Shown: positions 9,046-19,582 of the stretch, one piece after another
Layout: each line of letters begins with the position of its first letter
Position numbering within the stretch: the first letter of the stretch is position 1
Origin: Bryobacterales bacterium
GTDB lineage: Bacteria > Acidobacteriota > Terriglobia > Bryobacterales > UBA6623
NCBI GenBank assembly: GCA_963422375.2
Contig: OY729428.2
Span: 1,152,001 to 1,216,000, forward strand
Direction: 5' to 3'
Length of the DNA stretch: 64,000 bases
Notes under the pieces: generated by a model
The model's database searches: none
Told to the model about the DNA's origin: nothing
The model's input: the letters and a program-made list of their open reading frames with translations, nothing else
Translations under genes and position numbers: made by a program

Positions 9046-10710
9046 ATGGACCGCAGGAAATTCCTAGCAAGCACGGCCCGGGCCGCCGGGGCGCTGGCCG
9101 CCGCGGACTTCTTCAGCTATTGCGCCAGCGGCGGACTCGACTCGCTGAGCCCGGCTCTGATCGGCGCGGTCGAGGAGCACGCCCGGGAGGCTTCCGAGCC
9201 CGAGTTCCTCGTCTACTTCTTCATGGAAGGGGCGTGGATGAGCTACGACATGTTCGGCCCAGTCGTGCCGGCTCGCAACGACGCCGCCTTCTCCGAGCTC
9301 CCGCGGGATCCCGGCGACTGGGGCGTTATCTCCGACCACGCGTATCGCACGAAGGATCTGTCCCCGGAAGACTTCCGCCGGCACGGCGAGATCTTCCACG
9401 GACCGCTGGCCGAGGACGGCCGGGAGCTTTTCGGGGAGATGGCCATCCTGTCCAGCGCGCTGACCGGCAGCGGCCATACCCGGGACCGCTTCAAGGCGCA
9501 CTACGGCCACTACAGCGTCGACATGAAGGCACGGCGCGAGCCGGACGAGAGAACAGTCTTGCAGGCGTTCTGCGAGCGGGCCGGCCGCCCGTACCTGCTG
9601 CCGAATCTCAACTGGCATCGCTGGCTGTCCGACGGCGAGCTCGACATCGCCGCCTATCCCGAAGGGACCGGAATCTACCACGCGCTTGGGCCGAACTGGG
9701 CCCATATCGTCTATCCGCAAACACCGAAGTACACTCGCGGCCTAGTCGGCCAGACTCTCGCGATGCGCAACGACGACCGCAACCGGTCGGTCCAGCGGTT
9801 CTTGGAGCGACCGCGCCAGGCGGTCCTGTCCGACCGCAACAGCCCGGAGGTCCGGAGCTTCGCGTCGGCACTGGACGTCTACAAGCGCCTGCTGGAGAGC
9901 GGCGGCGAGCCGGTCGAGGCGGCGCGCCTGTTCCTGGACGCGGGCCTCCGCGAGGAATTCGGCGTGCGGCCCGCGGACGAGGAGATCCACTTCGAGCTGA
10001 TCAACCAGACCCTGCCGCGCAGCAAGTACACGCCGAACATCAACGTCCAGGCCATGATGATGTTCGAAATGATGACGAAGGGCCTGAGCTGCGCGGGCTG
10101 GCTCGAGAACCGGCTCGTCCGGGGATTCGACCACCACTGGAACCGCAAGCGGATCCTGTCCGGCTATCCCTTCGACCAGCGAGAGATGATGCGGACCCAG
10201 CTGTGGGACCCGCTCAAGGCGTTCGTGCGGAAGCTCCGGGAGACCGAGTACGGCAGCACGGGGAACTCGTTCTACGACTACACCACCATCGTCCTCGCCA
10301 GCGAGTTCGGTCGCACGGTCGGCGGGAGCGTGGCGAGCATCCTCGAGAACGCGGAGCTCGACGACGCCGAGAAGCGGGAGCAAATCCTGTCCCAGGACAT
10401 CAGCGCGCACAACCCGGTCAACTCGTGCGCCTTCATTGGGCCGCGGGTCCGCGGCGGCGCGCAGTTCGGATGGGTCGGGCAGAAGACGTTCCAGCCCGTT
10501 CCGATCCATCCCAAGACCGGCGACCTGGATCCCCGCTACGACCGCGACGGCAACGTGCGCCAAGGATTCAGCGGGCCCTCCGACGGGTTCATCGTTCCCA
10601 ATCACGGGCACATCTACGCCACAGCGTTGAAGCTGGCGGGCGTTGACCCTAAAGGGGCCGGGCGCAACGAGTCGCCGCACCTGCCGTTCATCCTCAAGGA
10701 CGAGGCATAG
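9046..10710 (+). CDS. Divergent DUF1501-like protein with TAT signal
   Basis: MDRRKFL leader; YFFMEGAWMSYDMF, GFDHH, TTIVLASEFGRT, RVRGGAQFG; TATAAT at 9002-9007 upstream. Confidence 0.75.
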   Translation: MDRRKFLASTARAAGALAAADFFSYCASGGLDSLSPALIGAVEEHAREASEPEFLVYFFMEGAWMSYDMFGPVVPARNDAAFSELPRDPGDWGVISDHAYRTKDLSPEDFRRHGEIFHGPLAEDGRELFGEMAILSSALTGSGHTRDRFKAHYGHYSVDMKARREPDERTVLQAFCERAGRPYLLPNLNWHRWLSDGELDIAAYPEGTGIYHALGPNWAHIVYPQTPKYTRGLVGQTLAMRNDDRNRSVQRFLERPRQAVLSDRNSPEVRSFASALDVYKRLLESGGEPVEAARLFLDAGLREEFGVRPADEEIHFELINQTLPRSKYTPNINVQAMMMFEMMTKGLSCAGWLENRLVRGFDHHWNRKRILSGYPFDQREMMRTQLWDPLKAFVRKLRETEYGSTGNSFYDYTTIVLASEFGRTVGGSVASILENAELDDAEKREQILSQDISAHNPVNSCAFIGPRVRGGAQFGWVGQKTFQPVPIHPKTGDLDPRYDRDGNVRQGFSGPSDGFIVPNHGHIYATALKLAGVDPKGAGRNESPHLPFILKDEA

Positions 10711-10732
10711 CGCAGCCGCCGGGAAGCTCGCC

Positions 10733-11872
10733 GTGCGCCGAGCTCGCGACGATTCCGATACCCTGACCGCGCCGGGCCGGGGCCTCGCGCGGGCGGCGGC
10801 CGCGACGAGCGTCCTGCTGTGGTGCGTTCCTGGCGGCCTCGGGCAGACCGCTCGCCTCGCGGATCCGACGCGCTTCTGGCTCCACGAATCGGAGTATGCC
10901 GGGGCACCGGCCTGCGAGGCCTGCCATGCGGAAATCTACGCCCGCCAGCAGGCCAGCAACCACGCCGCCTCGCTGCGGGTCGCAGGCGACGTGCCGGAAC
11001 TGCTGGCCGAGGTTCCGGCGGCCCGCCGCGACCGCGTGTCGGGGTTCGCCCTGACGCTCGATCGCGACCGCGCGGGCTCCCTGCGCATCCGGGCGCGGAG
11101 CGAGCGGGAGGAGAGCGCGGCGACGCTCGAATGGGCCTTCGGCAGCGGGATCAAGGGGGTGACCCCGATCGGAAGGACCGCGGCCGGCGAATGGGTGGAG
11201 AGCCGTCTGACGTGGTACGCGAGCCTGGGCACCGTCGACTTCACCACCGGCGCTTCGAAGCACGATCCGGAGGACGCCGTCGAGAGCCTCGGCCGCAGGC
11301 TGGACAGGCGGGAGGTCTCGGAATGCTTCGGCTGCCACACAACCGGCTACGACAGCCTGTCCGGCGCTCCGGCCGGGCCGTCCCTCGGCGTCCGCTGCGA
11401 GCGCTGCCACGGACCCGGCCGGGAGCACGCGCGGGCCGCGGCAAGCGGCCGGCCCGCGGCCGCGAAGATCTTCAACCCCGCGACGCTCGGCGGCTTCGCG
11501 CAAGCCCAGATGTGCGGCGCCTGCCACGGGCGGCCACCGCAGGACAACGACTTCGACGCCCTCGCCCTGCTGGAGCGAACGCCTCATAGCGTGCGGTTCC
11601 CCAGCCAAAGGATCGTTCTGAGCCGGTGCTTCAACGAGAGTTTCGGGGAGCTCGCCTGCACGGACTGCCACGACCCGCACGGCGATGTCGCCGACGAGGC
11701 CGGTTCCTTCGACGGCTCGTGCCGCTCGTGCCACGACCCGGCGGCGCGCCAGGGAGCGTCGGCCTGCCCGGTCGGCACGTCCGGCTGCTCGAGCTGCCAC
11801 ATGCCTAGGGAGAGAGTCATGCGCCATTCGACGTTCGCCGACCATTGGATCCGGGTTGTACACTCGAACTGA
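10733..11872 (+). CDS. Multiheme c-type cytochrome (7 CxxCH)
   Basis: CEACH, CFGCH, CERCH, CGACH, CTDCH, CRSCH, CSSCH; terminal FADHWIR; in-frame GTG start at 10733 gives a signal-like N-terminus (start uncertain). Confidence 0.88.
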   Translation: MRRARDDSDTLTAPGRGLARAAAATSVLLWCVPGGLGQTARLADPTRFWLHESEYAGAPACEACHAEIYARQQASNHAASLRVAGDVPELLAEVPAARRDRVSGFALTLDRDRAGSLRIRARSEREESAATLEWAFGSGIKGVTPIGRTAAGEWVESRLTWYASLGTVDFTTGASKHDPEDAVESLGRRLDRREVSECFGCHTTGYDSLSGAPAGPSLGVRCERCHGPGREHARAAASGRPAAAKIFNPATLGGFAQAQMCGACHGRPPQDNDFDALALLERTPHSVRFPSQRIVLSRCFNESFGELACTDCHDPHGDVADEAGSFDGSCRSCHDPAARQGASACPVGTSGCSSCHMPRERVMRHSTFADHWIRVVHSN

Positions 11873-11897
11873 CCCCGGGCGACGGCAGGCAGCGCGG

Positions 11898-13760
11898 ATG
11901 GATCGTCGAGTCAGCTCCGGGACGCTCGCGCGCGCCGCCTTGGCCGCCTTGGCCGCGACGGCGGCAGCGTTCCCGCAGCCGGCCGCTCTCGGCCCGGCCG
12001 ACTACCGGGAGATCGAGGGCCTCTTCCTAGCCGCCAAGCGGCACGAGGCCGCCGGCGAGCTGCACGAGGCCGCGAGCCGATACCGCCAGCTCCTCGGCAA
12101 GTACCCCTCCGCCGTGCCGAGGGCGTACCACAACCTCGGCCTCGTGCAGTACCGCCAACGCGATTACCCCGGAGCGATCCTGACGCTCGAGAAGGGGCTG
12201 GCGCTCGACGCGAATATGTGGCCCAGCCGCCTGTTCCTAGGCATGGCCTACCTGTACAAGGAGCGCCCGGAGTCCGCCCTGCCCCATCTCGAGGCGGCGC
12301 ACGCGAGGCAGCCGGGCTTCGAGAGCGGCCTGGCCCTCGGGCAGGCGTACCAGGCGCACAAGCTTCACGAGAAGGCGATCCAGCGCTTCGAGGAAGCGCT
12401 GCCGCTGGCCGCGCGCAGGGAGGACGAGGCCAGCGCCCTGTACTCGACCGGCCAAGCCTACCTGAAGCTCGCGGAGAGCATCGCCAACCGCCAGTCCGAG
12501 CGCTTTCCCGAATCCAAGGACACCTACGTAGTCGCCGCCAAGCTCTTCGAGAGCCAGCGCGGTTACCAGATCGCGGCCATCAAGTACCTCGAGGCTTCCG
12601 AGCTGGATCCGATGAACGCGTCGATCTTCTTCCCGCTGGCGCGGATGCTCGCGATCCTCGGGCTCGAGGCCGAGTCGCGCCTCGCCTTGGAGCGCTACTG
12701 GGACCTGCTTCCCTCCGTTCCGCGGACGCCGATCGACAGGCAGTTGCTGCCAAGGGAGCAAGTTGCCGAGATCGGCACGAAGGTCGACTTCGGGGGCATC
12801 CTGCGGTCCCTGCCGCCGGTCGCGCCTGACCGGCTCCCGCCCCTGCCGATCCTGCCGGGGGACATCAACAGCGAGATCAGCGCCCGCCTGAGCCGGGACG
12901 GCGACCGCGAGTGGGCCGCCGCCGTCGAAGCGGTATCCGCCGGCAGGTTCAGGGAGGCCCTCGGGCTGCTCGCCTCGCTCGGGGACCCCGGCGAGCGCTG
13001 GCTCCGCGACTACCTGCTGGCGAGCGTTCACGTGCTGCTGGACGACTACCGCCAAGCGGCCCGGGTGTCGGCCGGAAGGGCGCTGTCGGAATCCTCGTCG
13101 CAAGCCGCCCAGGTGCTGCGCGCCGAGGTGTTCCGGCAGACCTCGATCGAGTACTTCGACCGGCTGGTCCGCGAGCACCCCGACTCCTGCCGCACCAGGC
13201 TCGTCCGGGCCATGAACTTCGCTTCCCGGGAGATGGAGGAAGCGGAGGCCGAATTCCTCGCCGCCATCGAAGCGTGCCCCTTCGACACCGAGATCCGGAT
13301 CGAGCTCGCGGACTACTACCTCTCGAACTCTCGGTACGTCGAGGCACGCGACGCCTGCGCGGAGGAACTGGCCATCCATCCCCACTCCAGCGCGGCGAAG
13401 AAACGACTGGGGCGGATTCACGTGCAGCTGCGCGAAGCCGACAAGGCGCTGCCGTACCTGACCGCCGCGGCCGAGGCCGACTCGGAGGATCCGGACGTGC
13501 GGTCCGATATGGGCCGGGCCTACGAGCTGATCGGAAAAACCGAGGAGGCGGTGGCCCAGTACCGGCTCGCGCTGGAGCTGAATCCCGGCATGAACCGTGT
13601 GCATTACGTGCTGGCGAGGCTTTACCGGCAGCTCGGGCGGGACGACCAAGCTCGAGCGGAGTTCGAGCGCTTCAAGCAGAACGAGGAGGAGGAGCGGCAG
13701 GCGCGGGTCGCGCGGATCCAGCGCCTGCGGCAGAAGGATGCGCCCGAGACTTCGCCCTGA
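11898..13760 (+). CDS. Secreted tetratricopeptide-repeat protein
   Basis: ATG 11898 with Ala-rich signal; TPR-like repeats AYHNLGLVQY, RLFLGMAY, DMGRAYE..A..QYRLALELNP, HYVLARLY. Confidence 0.85.
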   Translation: MDRRVSSGTLARAALAALAATAAAFPQPAALGPADYREIEGLFLAAKRHEAAGELHEAASRYRQLLGKYPSAVPRAYHNLGLVQYRQRDYPGAILTLEKGLALDANMWPSRLFLGMAYLYKERPESALPHLEAAHARQPGFESGLALGQAYQAHKLHEKAIQRFEEALPLAARREDEASALYSTGQAYLKLAESIANRQSERFPESKDTYVVAAKLFESQRGYQIAAIKYLEASELDPMNASIFFPLARMLAILGLEAESRLALERYWDLLPSVPRTPIDRQLLPREQVAEIGTKVDFGGILRSLPPVAPDRLPPLPILPGDINSEISARLSRDGDREWAAAVEAVSAGRFREALGLLASLGDPGERWLRDYLLASVHVLLDDYRQAARVSAGRALSESSSQAAQVLRAEVFRQTSIEYFDRLVREHPDSCRTRLVRAMNFASREMEEAEAEFLAAIEACPFDTEIRIELADYYLSNSRYVEARDACAEELAIHPHSSAAKKRLGRIHVQLREADKALPYLTAAAEADSEDPDVRSDMGRAYELIGKTEEAVAQYRLALELNPGMNRVHYVLARLYRQLGRDDQARAEFERFKQNEEEERQARVARIQRLRQKDAPETSP

Positions 13761-13868
13761 GCGGGGGAGCCGGGCCGCGGGGCCGGGACCTCGGTCCCTC
13801 CGGGGCGGCGGCTGCCGGAGTCGGGACCCGCGCGAGTCGCGCCGACGGGCGCGAGCGGAGGCTTGCCC

Positions 13869-15623
13869 GTGAACCGCCGCCAGTTCGCCAGACTGGGAGT
13901 CCCGGCCTGCCTAGCCGGGCCGCGGGCCTTCCTGGGCGGACGCCGGCTCGGAGCGCAGGCCGGCGGGCCGAGGAGGCCGTACGGCGTGCGGTTCGTCGAC
14001 ATCGCCCCCGAGGCCGGTCTGACCGAGACCGTCTACTACGGAGGCGCTGACCGCGTGCGCTACATCGTGGAGGCTAACGGCTGCGGCGTGGCGTTCTGCG
14101 ACTACGACAACGACGGCTGGCTCGACATCTTCGTCCTCAACGGAACGCGGCTCGACGGGCTCCCTGACGGCGCGCGACCGACGAACCGGCTGTACCACAA
14201 CAACCGCGACGGCACCTTCACCGACGTCACCGCCGAGAGCGGCCTGGCCCGGAGCGGCTGGGCGAACAGCGTCTGCATCGGGGACTTCGACAACGATGGC
14301 CACGACGACCTGTTCGTCACCTACTGGGGGCAGAACGTCCTCTATCGCAACAACGGCGACGGGACATTCAGCGACGTCACCCTCGACGCCGGCCTGGGCG
14401 GCTTCCCGGACCGCTGGAACGCCGGAGCGACCTTCGTGGACTACGACCGGGACGGCTACCTGGACCTGCTGGTCACCAACTACGTGGAAGTCGACCTCGA
14501 GAGGCTGCCGCTGCCCGGACAGGGCAGCAACTGCAGGTGGAAGGGCGTCCCCGTGTTCTGCGGGCCGCGCGGGATGAAAGGGACCCGCAACTACCTCTAC
14601 CGCAACAACCGCGACGGCACCTTCACCGACGTGAGCGCCGAGAGCGGCATTCACGACCCGCACGGGTATTACGGGATGACCGCCGTGGTCGCCGACATCG
14701 ACACCGACGGGTGGACCGACATCTACGTGGCCTGCGATTCGACGCCGAGCATCCTGTACCGCAACAACCGCGACGGCACCTTCACGGACATCGCCGTAGA
14801 GAGCGGAGTGGCCTACAGCGAGGACGGCCGGGAGCAGGCCGGCATGGGGCTCGCGCTGGGCGATTTCGACGGGGACGGCGGCCTCGACATCGTCAAGACC
14901 CTGTTCGCCGACGAGATGCCGGCCCTGTACCGGAATCGCGGCAACGGCACGTTCGCGGACATGTCGGTCGCGGCGGGCCTGCATGCCGTGACGCAGCACG
15001 TCCAGTGGGGCGTCGGCCTGGTCGACTTCGACAACGACGGCCGGCCCGACCTCTTCTACTCCGTAGGCAACCTGTACCCGCGCGTCGAACGTTTCAACAG
15101 CCGGTACCCCTACCGCGGCCCGCGCTTCCTGTTCCGCAACCGGGGCGACGGCACGTTCGACAACATCACCGCCGAATGCGGCCCGGGCCTCACCACTCCG
15201 CACTCGAGCCGCGGCTGCGCGTTCGGCGATTTCGACAATGACGGCGACATGGACATCGTCGTCATGAACATGAACGAGCCGCCGTCCCTGATCCGCGCGG
15301 ACGTGTCGAACGGCAACAACTGGCTCAAGGTCAAGCTCGCGGGAGTGGAGTCGAACCGGACGGCGATCGGGGCGCGGGTCGACGTCACGGCGGGAGGCCT
15401 GCGCCAGTCGCAGGTCGTCCAGAGCCAGTCGAGCTACTACTCGGTCAACGATCTCCGCCTGCACTTCGGCCTGGGACGCGCGGCAAGGGCGGACTCGGTG
15501 ACAATTCGCTGGCCCAGCGGCAGGCGAGAGGAGCTGGCGAACGTGCGAGCGAATCGCGTCGTCCTCGTCGAGGAGGGACGCGGCATCGTCCGCTCGCAGA
15601 AGCTACCCAACGCCCGGGAGTAG
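13869..15623 (+). CDS. CRTAC1-family protein (FG-GAP repeats + ASPIC/UnbV), TAT-like leader
   Basis: NRRQF leader; repeated DYDNDGWLD and LYRNNxDGTFTDV; C-terminal SNRTAIGARV…LHFGLG…IRWPSG. Confidence 0.93.
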   Translation: MNRRQFARLGVPACLAGPRAFLGGRRLGAQAGGPRRPYGVRFVDIAPEAGLTETVYYGGADRVRYIVEANGCGVAFCDYDNDGWLDIFVLNGTRLDGLPDGARPTNRLYHNNRDGTFTDVTAESGLARSGWANSVCIGDFDNDGHDDLFVTYWGQNVLYRNNGDGTFSDVTLDAGLGGFPDRWNAGATFVDYDRDGYLDLLVTNYVEVDLERLPLPGQGSNCRWKGVPVFCGPRGMKGTRNYLYRNNRDGTFTDVSAESGIHDPHGYYGMTAVVADIDTDGWTDIYVACDSTPSILYRNNRDGTFTDIAVESGVAYSEDGREQAGMGLALGDFDGDGGLDIVKTLFADEMPALYRNRGNGTFADMSVAAGLHAVTQHVQWGVGLVDFDNDGRPDLFYSVGNLYPRVERFNSRYPYRGPRFLFRNRGDGTFDNITAECGPGLTTPHSSRGCAFGDFDNDGDMDIVVMNMNEPPSLIRADVSNGNNWLKVKLAGVESNRTAIGARVDVTAGGLRQSQVVQSQSSYYSVNDLRLHFGLGRAARADSVTIRWPSGRREELANVRANRVVLVEEGRGIVRSQKLPNARE

Positions 15624-15638
15624 CCGGGCAGCGCGCCC

Positions 15639-17522
15639 TCAGGAGCCGGCGGGCAGCAGCTCGGCGATACCCTCGTAGCCCCGCTCGGAAGCAAGCGAGC
15701 GGGCGGTCGCGCCGTCCGCCGTCCTAGCCGACGGGTCCGCGCCACGGCCCAGCAGCTCCCGCACGACGAGGGTGCGGCCGCGGGCGGCGGCGATGATCAG
15801 CGACGTGAAGCCTCGCTCGTCCCTTGCCTCGAGATCGGCGCCGCGATCCAGCAGGGACTGCACGCCAGCAAGCGTGCCGGCGGACGAGGCCAGCATCAGC
15901 GGCGTCACCCCGCCCGGACCGGCCCTGTTGGGATCGGCGGCGGCCAGCACATCGAGCACCCCGGAATGCCCTTCCGCCGCGGCGAACATAAGGGCCGTGC
16001 TGCCTTCGATGTCCGGGAGGTCGGGGTCGGCCCCTCCGGCCACCAGCGTCTCGACCGTGGCCGAGTGCCCCTCGTAAGACGCCATCATCAGCGCGGTGCG
16101 CCCTCCGGGCGTCCGGAGGTCCGGGTCGGCCCCTCCCGCGAGCAGGGCCGTCACGGCCGAGGCGTGGCCGTCGGCGGCGGCCAGCACGAGCGGGGTGCTG
16201 CCCTCGGCGTCGACGGAATCGACGCCGGCGCCGTCCGCGAGCAAGACCGCAATTCTGGCGGCGCGCCCGGTGGACGCGACGATGCGTAGCAGCTGGTCGA
16301 GGTCCTCGGTCACGCCGGCGCGCTCGAACAGCCAAGCAGCCTCGTCGCGGCCGGCCAAGGCGGCATGCGCCGGCGCATCGACGTCGGCACCAGCCGCCAG
16401 GAGGGCCTCCAAGACCAGCAGGTCGCCGCGGCTCGCCGCGACCATCAGCGCCGTCTGGCGGTCCGGGGACCAACGCCGGACGTCGGAACCGCTGCGGAGC
16501 AGGAAGTCGACCATCGAGCGGTCCGCATTCGCGACGGCGATCGTCTGGGGGGTCGCGCCGCCGCCGCTGAGGGCGTGGACGTCGGCGCCCGCGTCGACGA
16601 GGATGCGAGCCATCGTCGGCAGCCCCTTCGCCACGGCCAGCGCCAAGGCCGTGCGACCACCCTCGCCGCGGCCCTCCAGGTCGACGCCGGTCGCCAGGAG
16701 GGCCCTCACGACGGCTGTCTGGCCCTCCCACGCCGCCATCAGCAAGGGCGTTCAGCCGTCCGCGCTTGCCAAGGAGGGGTCGGCGCCAGCCCGCAGCAGG
16801 TCCTCGACCACCGGGAGATGCCCCTCCACCGAGGCCAGCATCAGCGCCGTGACCGCTCCGCCCGCGACCGTGCCGCCCTGCACAGCAATCGGGACACCCG
16901 GCGTGCTCCGGCGGTTGACGTCCGCGCCGCGCCTGGCCAGAAGGAGGGCCATCTCGCGGTGACCGTAGACGGAAGCGGTCATCAGCGCGGTCACTCCGCG
17001 GCTATCGCTCGCATGCACCTCGGCGTTGGCGGCGAGCGCGCGCCGCGCATCGCTGGCGCGCCCGACAAAGAGCAGCGCCTCACTCGGGGTCCAGCTCGCA
17101 CCGGCACCGCGCAGCACCTCGACAGCCTCGGTCCGCCCCATCAGCGCCGCTTGCACCAGGGCGGATTCCCCGAGCCCGTCAACGGCAGAGACGTCCGCCC
17201 CGTGACGCAGCAACGCACCCGCGATCCCCGCGTGGCCGTTGGCAGCGGCGTACATCAGAGCCGTGCGGCCGTCCACCGAGCGGGCATCGACTCTCGCACC
17301 GGCCTCGGCTAGCGCCTCGACCGCCGGTCCGGACCCCTTCGCCGAGGCCAGGATCAAGGCGGTCACGCCTCCCAGGGGAATCTCGATTCCGTCCGAAGCT
17401 ACGGTCGCGCCGGCGGAGCCGCGGGAGTCGGCCTCCGCCCCGTGCGCCAACAGCAGACCCACGACCACCGTGTGGCCGCGGAAGGCCGCGGCCATGAGAG
17501 GCGTCTGGCCCGCGTCGTCCGG
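15639..17522 (-). pseudogene. Ankyrin-repeat protein, 5'-truncated, with in-frame TGA at 16752-16754
   Basis: About 15 G-x-T-(P/A)-L-x-x-A repeats; ORFs 16752-17495 and 15639-16745 are in one frame, reading DG*TPLLMAAW; the repeat pattern PDDAGQTPLM continues to ~17522 and then breaks. Confidence 0.85.
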
Positions 17523-17524
17523 AA

Positions 17525-18796
17525 GTCGCCTTCTACGACCACGACGGCTGGCTCGACGTGTTCCTGCTCAATGGATCCCGCCGCGGCGGGTTCGAAGGCG
17601 GACTGGAACCCACGAACCGCCTGTACAGGAACAACCGCGACGGAACCTTCACCGACGTAACCGAGGAATCGGGCCTGGCCCGGTCCGGATGGGCGAGCGG
17701 CGTCTGCGTAGGGGACTACAACAACGACGGCTTCGACGACCTATTCGTCAGCTATCGGGGCCGCAACGTCCTCTACCGCAACAACGGCGACGGCACCTTC
17801 AGCGACGTCACGGAGCGGGCCCAGATCTCCGACGCCGCCGGCTACGGCCTGACCTCGATGGCGCTGGACTACGACGCGGACGGCTGGCAGGACATCTACG
17901 TCGCCTGCGACTCGAGTCCGAGCATCCTGTTCCGCAACAATCGCGACGGCACGTTCACCAACATCGCGACCTGGAAGGGCCTGGCCTACAGTCCCGACGG
18001 GGCGGCCCAAGCCGGCATGGGGCTGGCAATCGGCGACTACTCGGGCGACGGGCAGCTCGACATTCTCAAGACGCACTTCGCCGACGACATGCCGGGCCTC
18101 TACCGCAACGACGGGCAGGGCTTTTTCCGGGATGTATCCGCCGCGGCCGGCCTGCGCGCCAGCTTGAGGCACTTGGAATGGGGCGCCGGGATCGCGGACT
18201 TCGACAACGACGGGCGGCCCGACATCTTCTACGTCACAGGCAGCGTGTACCCCGAGGTCGAGGCGTTCAATCCCGACTACCCCTACAGGGGCCCGCGGTT
18301 CCTCTTCCGCAACCCGGGCGGCGGGAGGTTCGCCAACGTCAGCGACCGCTGCGGGCCAGGCTTGGTCGCGCGGCATTCTAGCCGGGGCTGCGCGTTCGGC
18401 GACTTCGACAACGACGGTGACCTGGACGTCCTCGTGATGAACATGAACGAGCCCCCATCGCTACTACGGGCGGACGTGCAGTCGGGTCACCACTGGCTCA
18501 AGGTCAAGCTGGTCGGCGTGGAGTCCAATCGGACCACGATCGGGGCTCGGGTGACCGTGCGGTCCGGCAGGTGGGTGCAAGCCCAGGAACTGCACAGCCA
18601 GACGAGCTACCTGTCCGTGAACGACCTGCGGTTGCATTTCGGCTTGGGTCCAGCCAGCCAGGCAGACTCGATCCACGTCGCATGGCCGAACGGCCGCCAA
18701 GAGACCGTCAGGGACGTCGGCACCAACCTGCTGGTGTATCTCAAGGAAGGCAGCGGAATCGTACGCACGGAGCGCTTCGAGCCGCGGACGGACTGA
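17525..18796 (+). pseudogene. CRTAC1-family paralog, 5'-truncated and missing one FG-GAP unit
   Basis: Begins mid-motif (VAFYDHDGWLDVF) with no signal peptide; lacks ~85 aa relative to 13869-15623; ASPIC/UnbV C-terminus intact. Confidence 0.85.
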
Positions 18797-19582
18797 TGCC
18801 GCAATGTTTGCACTGCCGCGGGGTAGCCAGCTTCGCTTCCGTCTCGGTGGACGGCCCAATTTGCCATGAGTCAGGGGTCTGGGCCGGGGCGATCGGAAGT
18901 TGGCCCGAAGGCGTATGATCGCCGAGTCCTATACGGCCTGCTGGCTGATCGTATCGCTCGCGACCCGGGTTTCATTGGCGTTTCATTCCGCAACGTGCTC
19001 TATGATCAGTCTCATTGGCGGCGGACTTGCGATCATAGTCAGCCAAGATTCTTCAATATTCATGGCGAGACGATCCAGAGAATTTTCGATACGGTTATCA
19101 GAGAGAAATGAAGAATATTTTACTCAGTTCGTGAACCTATCTACGAATCTAAAAACCGTCAATATTCAAGATTCTCCATTCTTACATCGACACGAGAACC
19201 GCATATCGCCGTATCATGGAACAACGATTCTCGTTGCTGAAGAAGAGTACGGAAAAATAGCCAAGGGGTTGACTCGACGTCAGTTCCTTAACTGTGCGGC
19301 AATTGCCGTTACGGGTCCGTCTACGACGAACGGGCTGGGACGCTAACCCGACGAGGCTGAACTGAGTGCAAGGCGACTGTCGGACGACTAACGAGCATTC
19401 GGGAGTCACCGCTGCATCGGGAGTTCGCAGCGCCTCTGCTCAGACGCGATACTTGCGCTGGTCGCCTGTAGCGAGGAGTCGCATTCGATGCCCGCCTGCG
19501 ACTTGGAGTCGGTCCCGTCCGGACGCGCACACATGACTGCATTCAGCACTGCACGACCTGTCTGTTCGCTACGCCGAACTGC

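Noticed and set aside
16752..16754. TGA recoding (Trp or selenocysteine) in the ankyrin gene
   Set aside because: TGA ends many intact genes here (dnaX, recR, sulfatase), the position is not a Cys/Sec site, and the gene is also 5'-truncated; a nonsense mutation is simpler.
13869..18796. CRISPR-like periodic repeats (CGCAACAACxGCGACGGCACxTTC)
   Set aside because: These are coding FG-GAP repeats with long irregular spacing; no cas genes are present.
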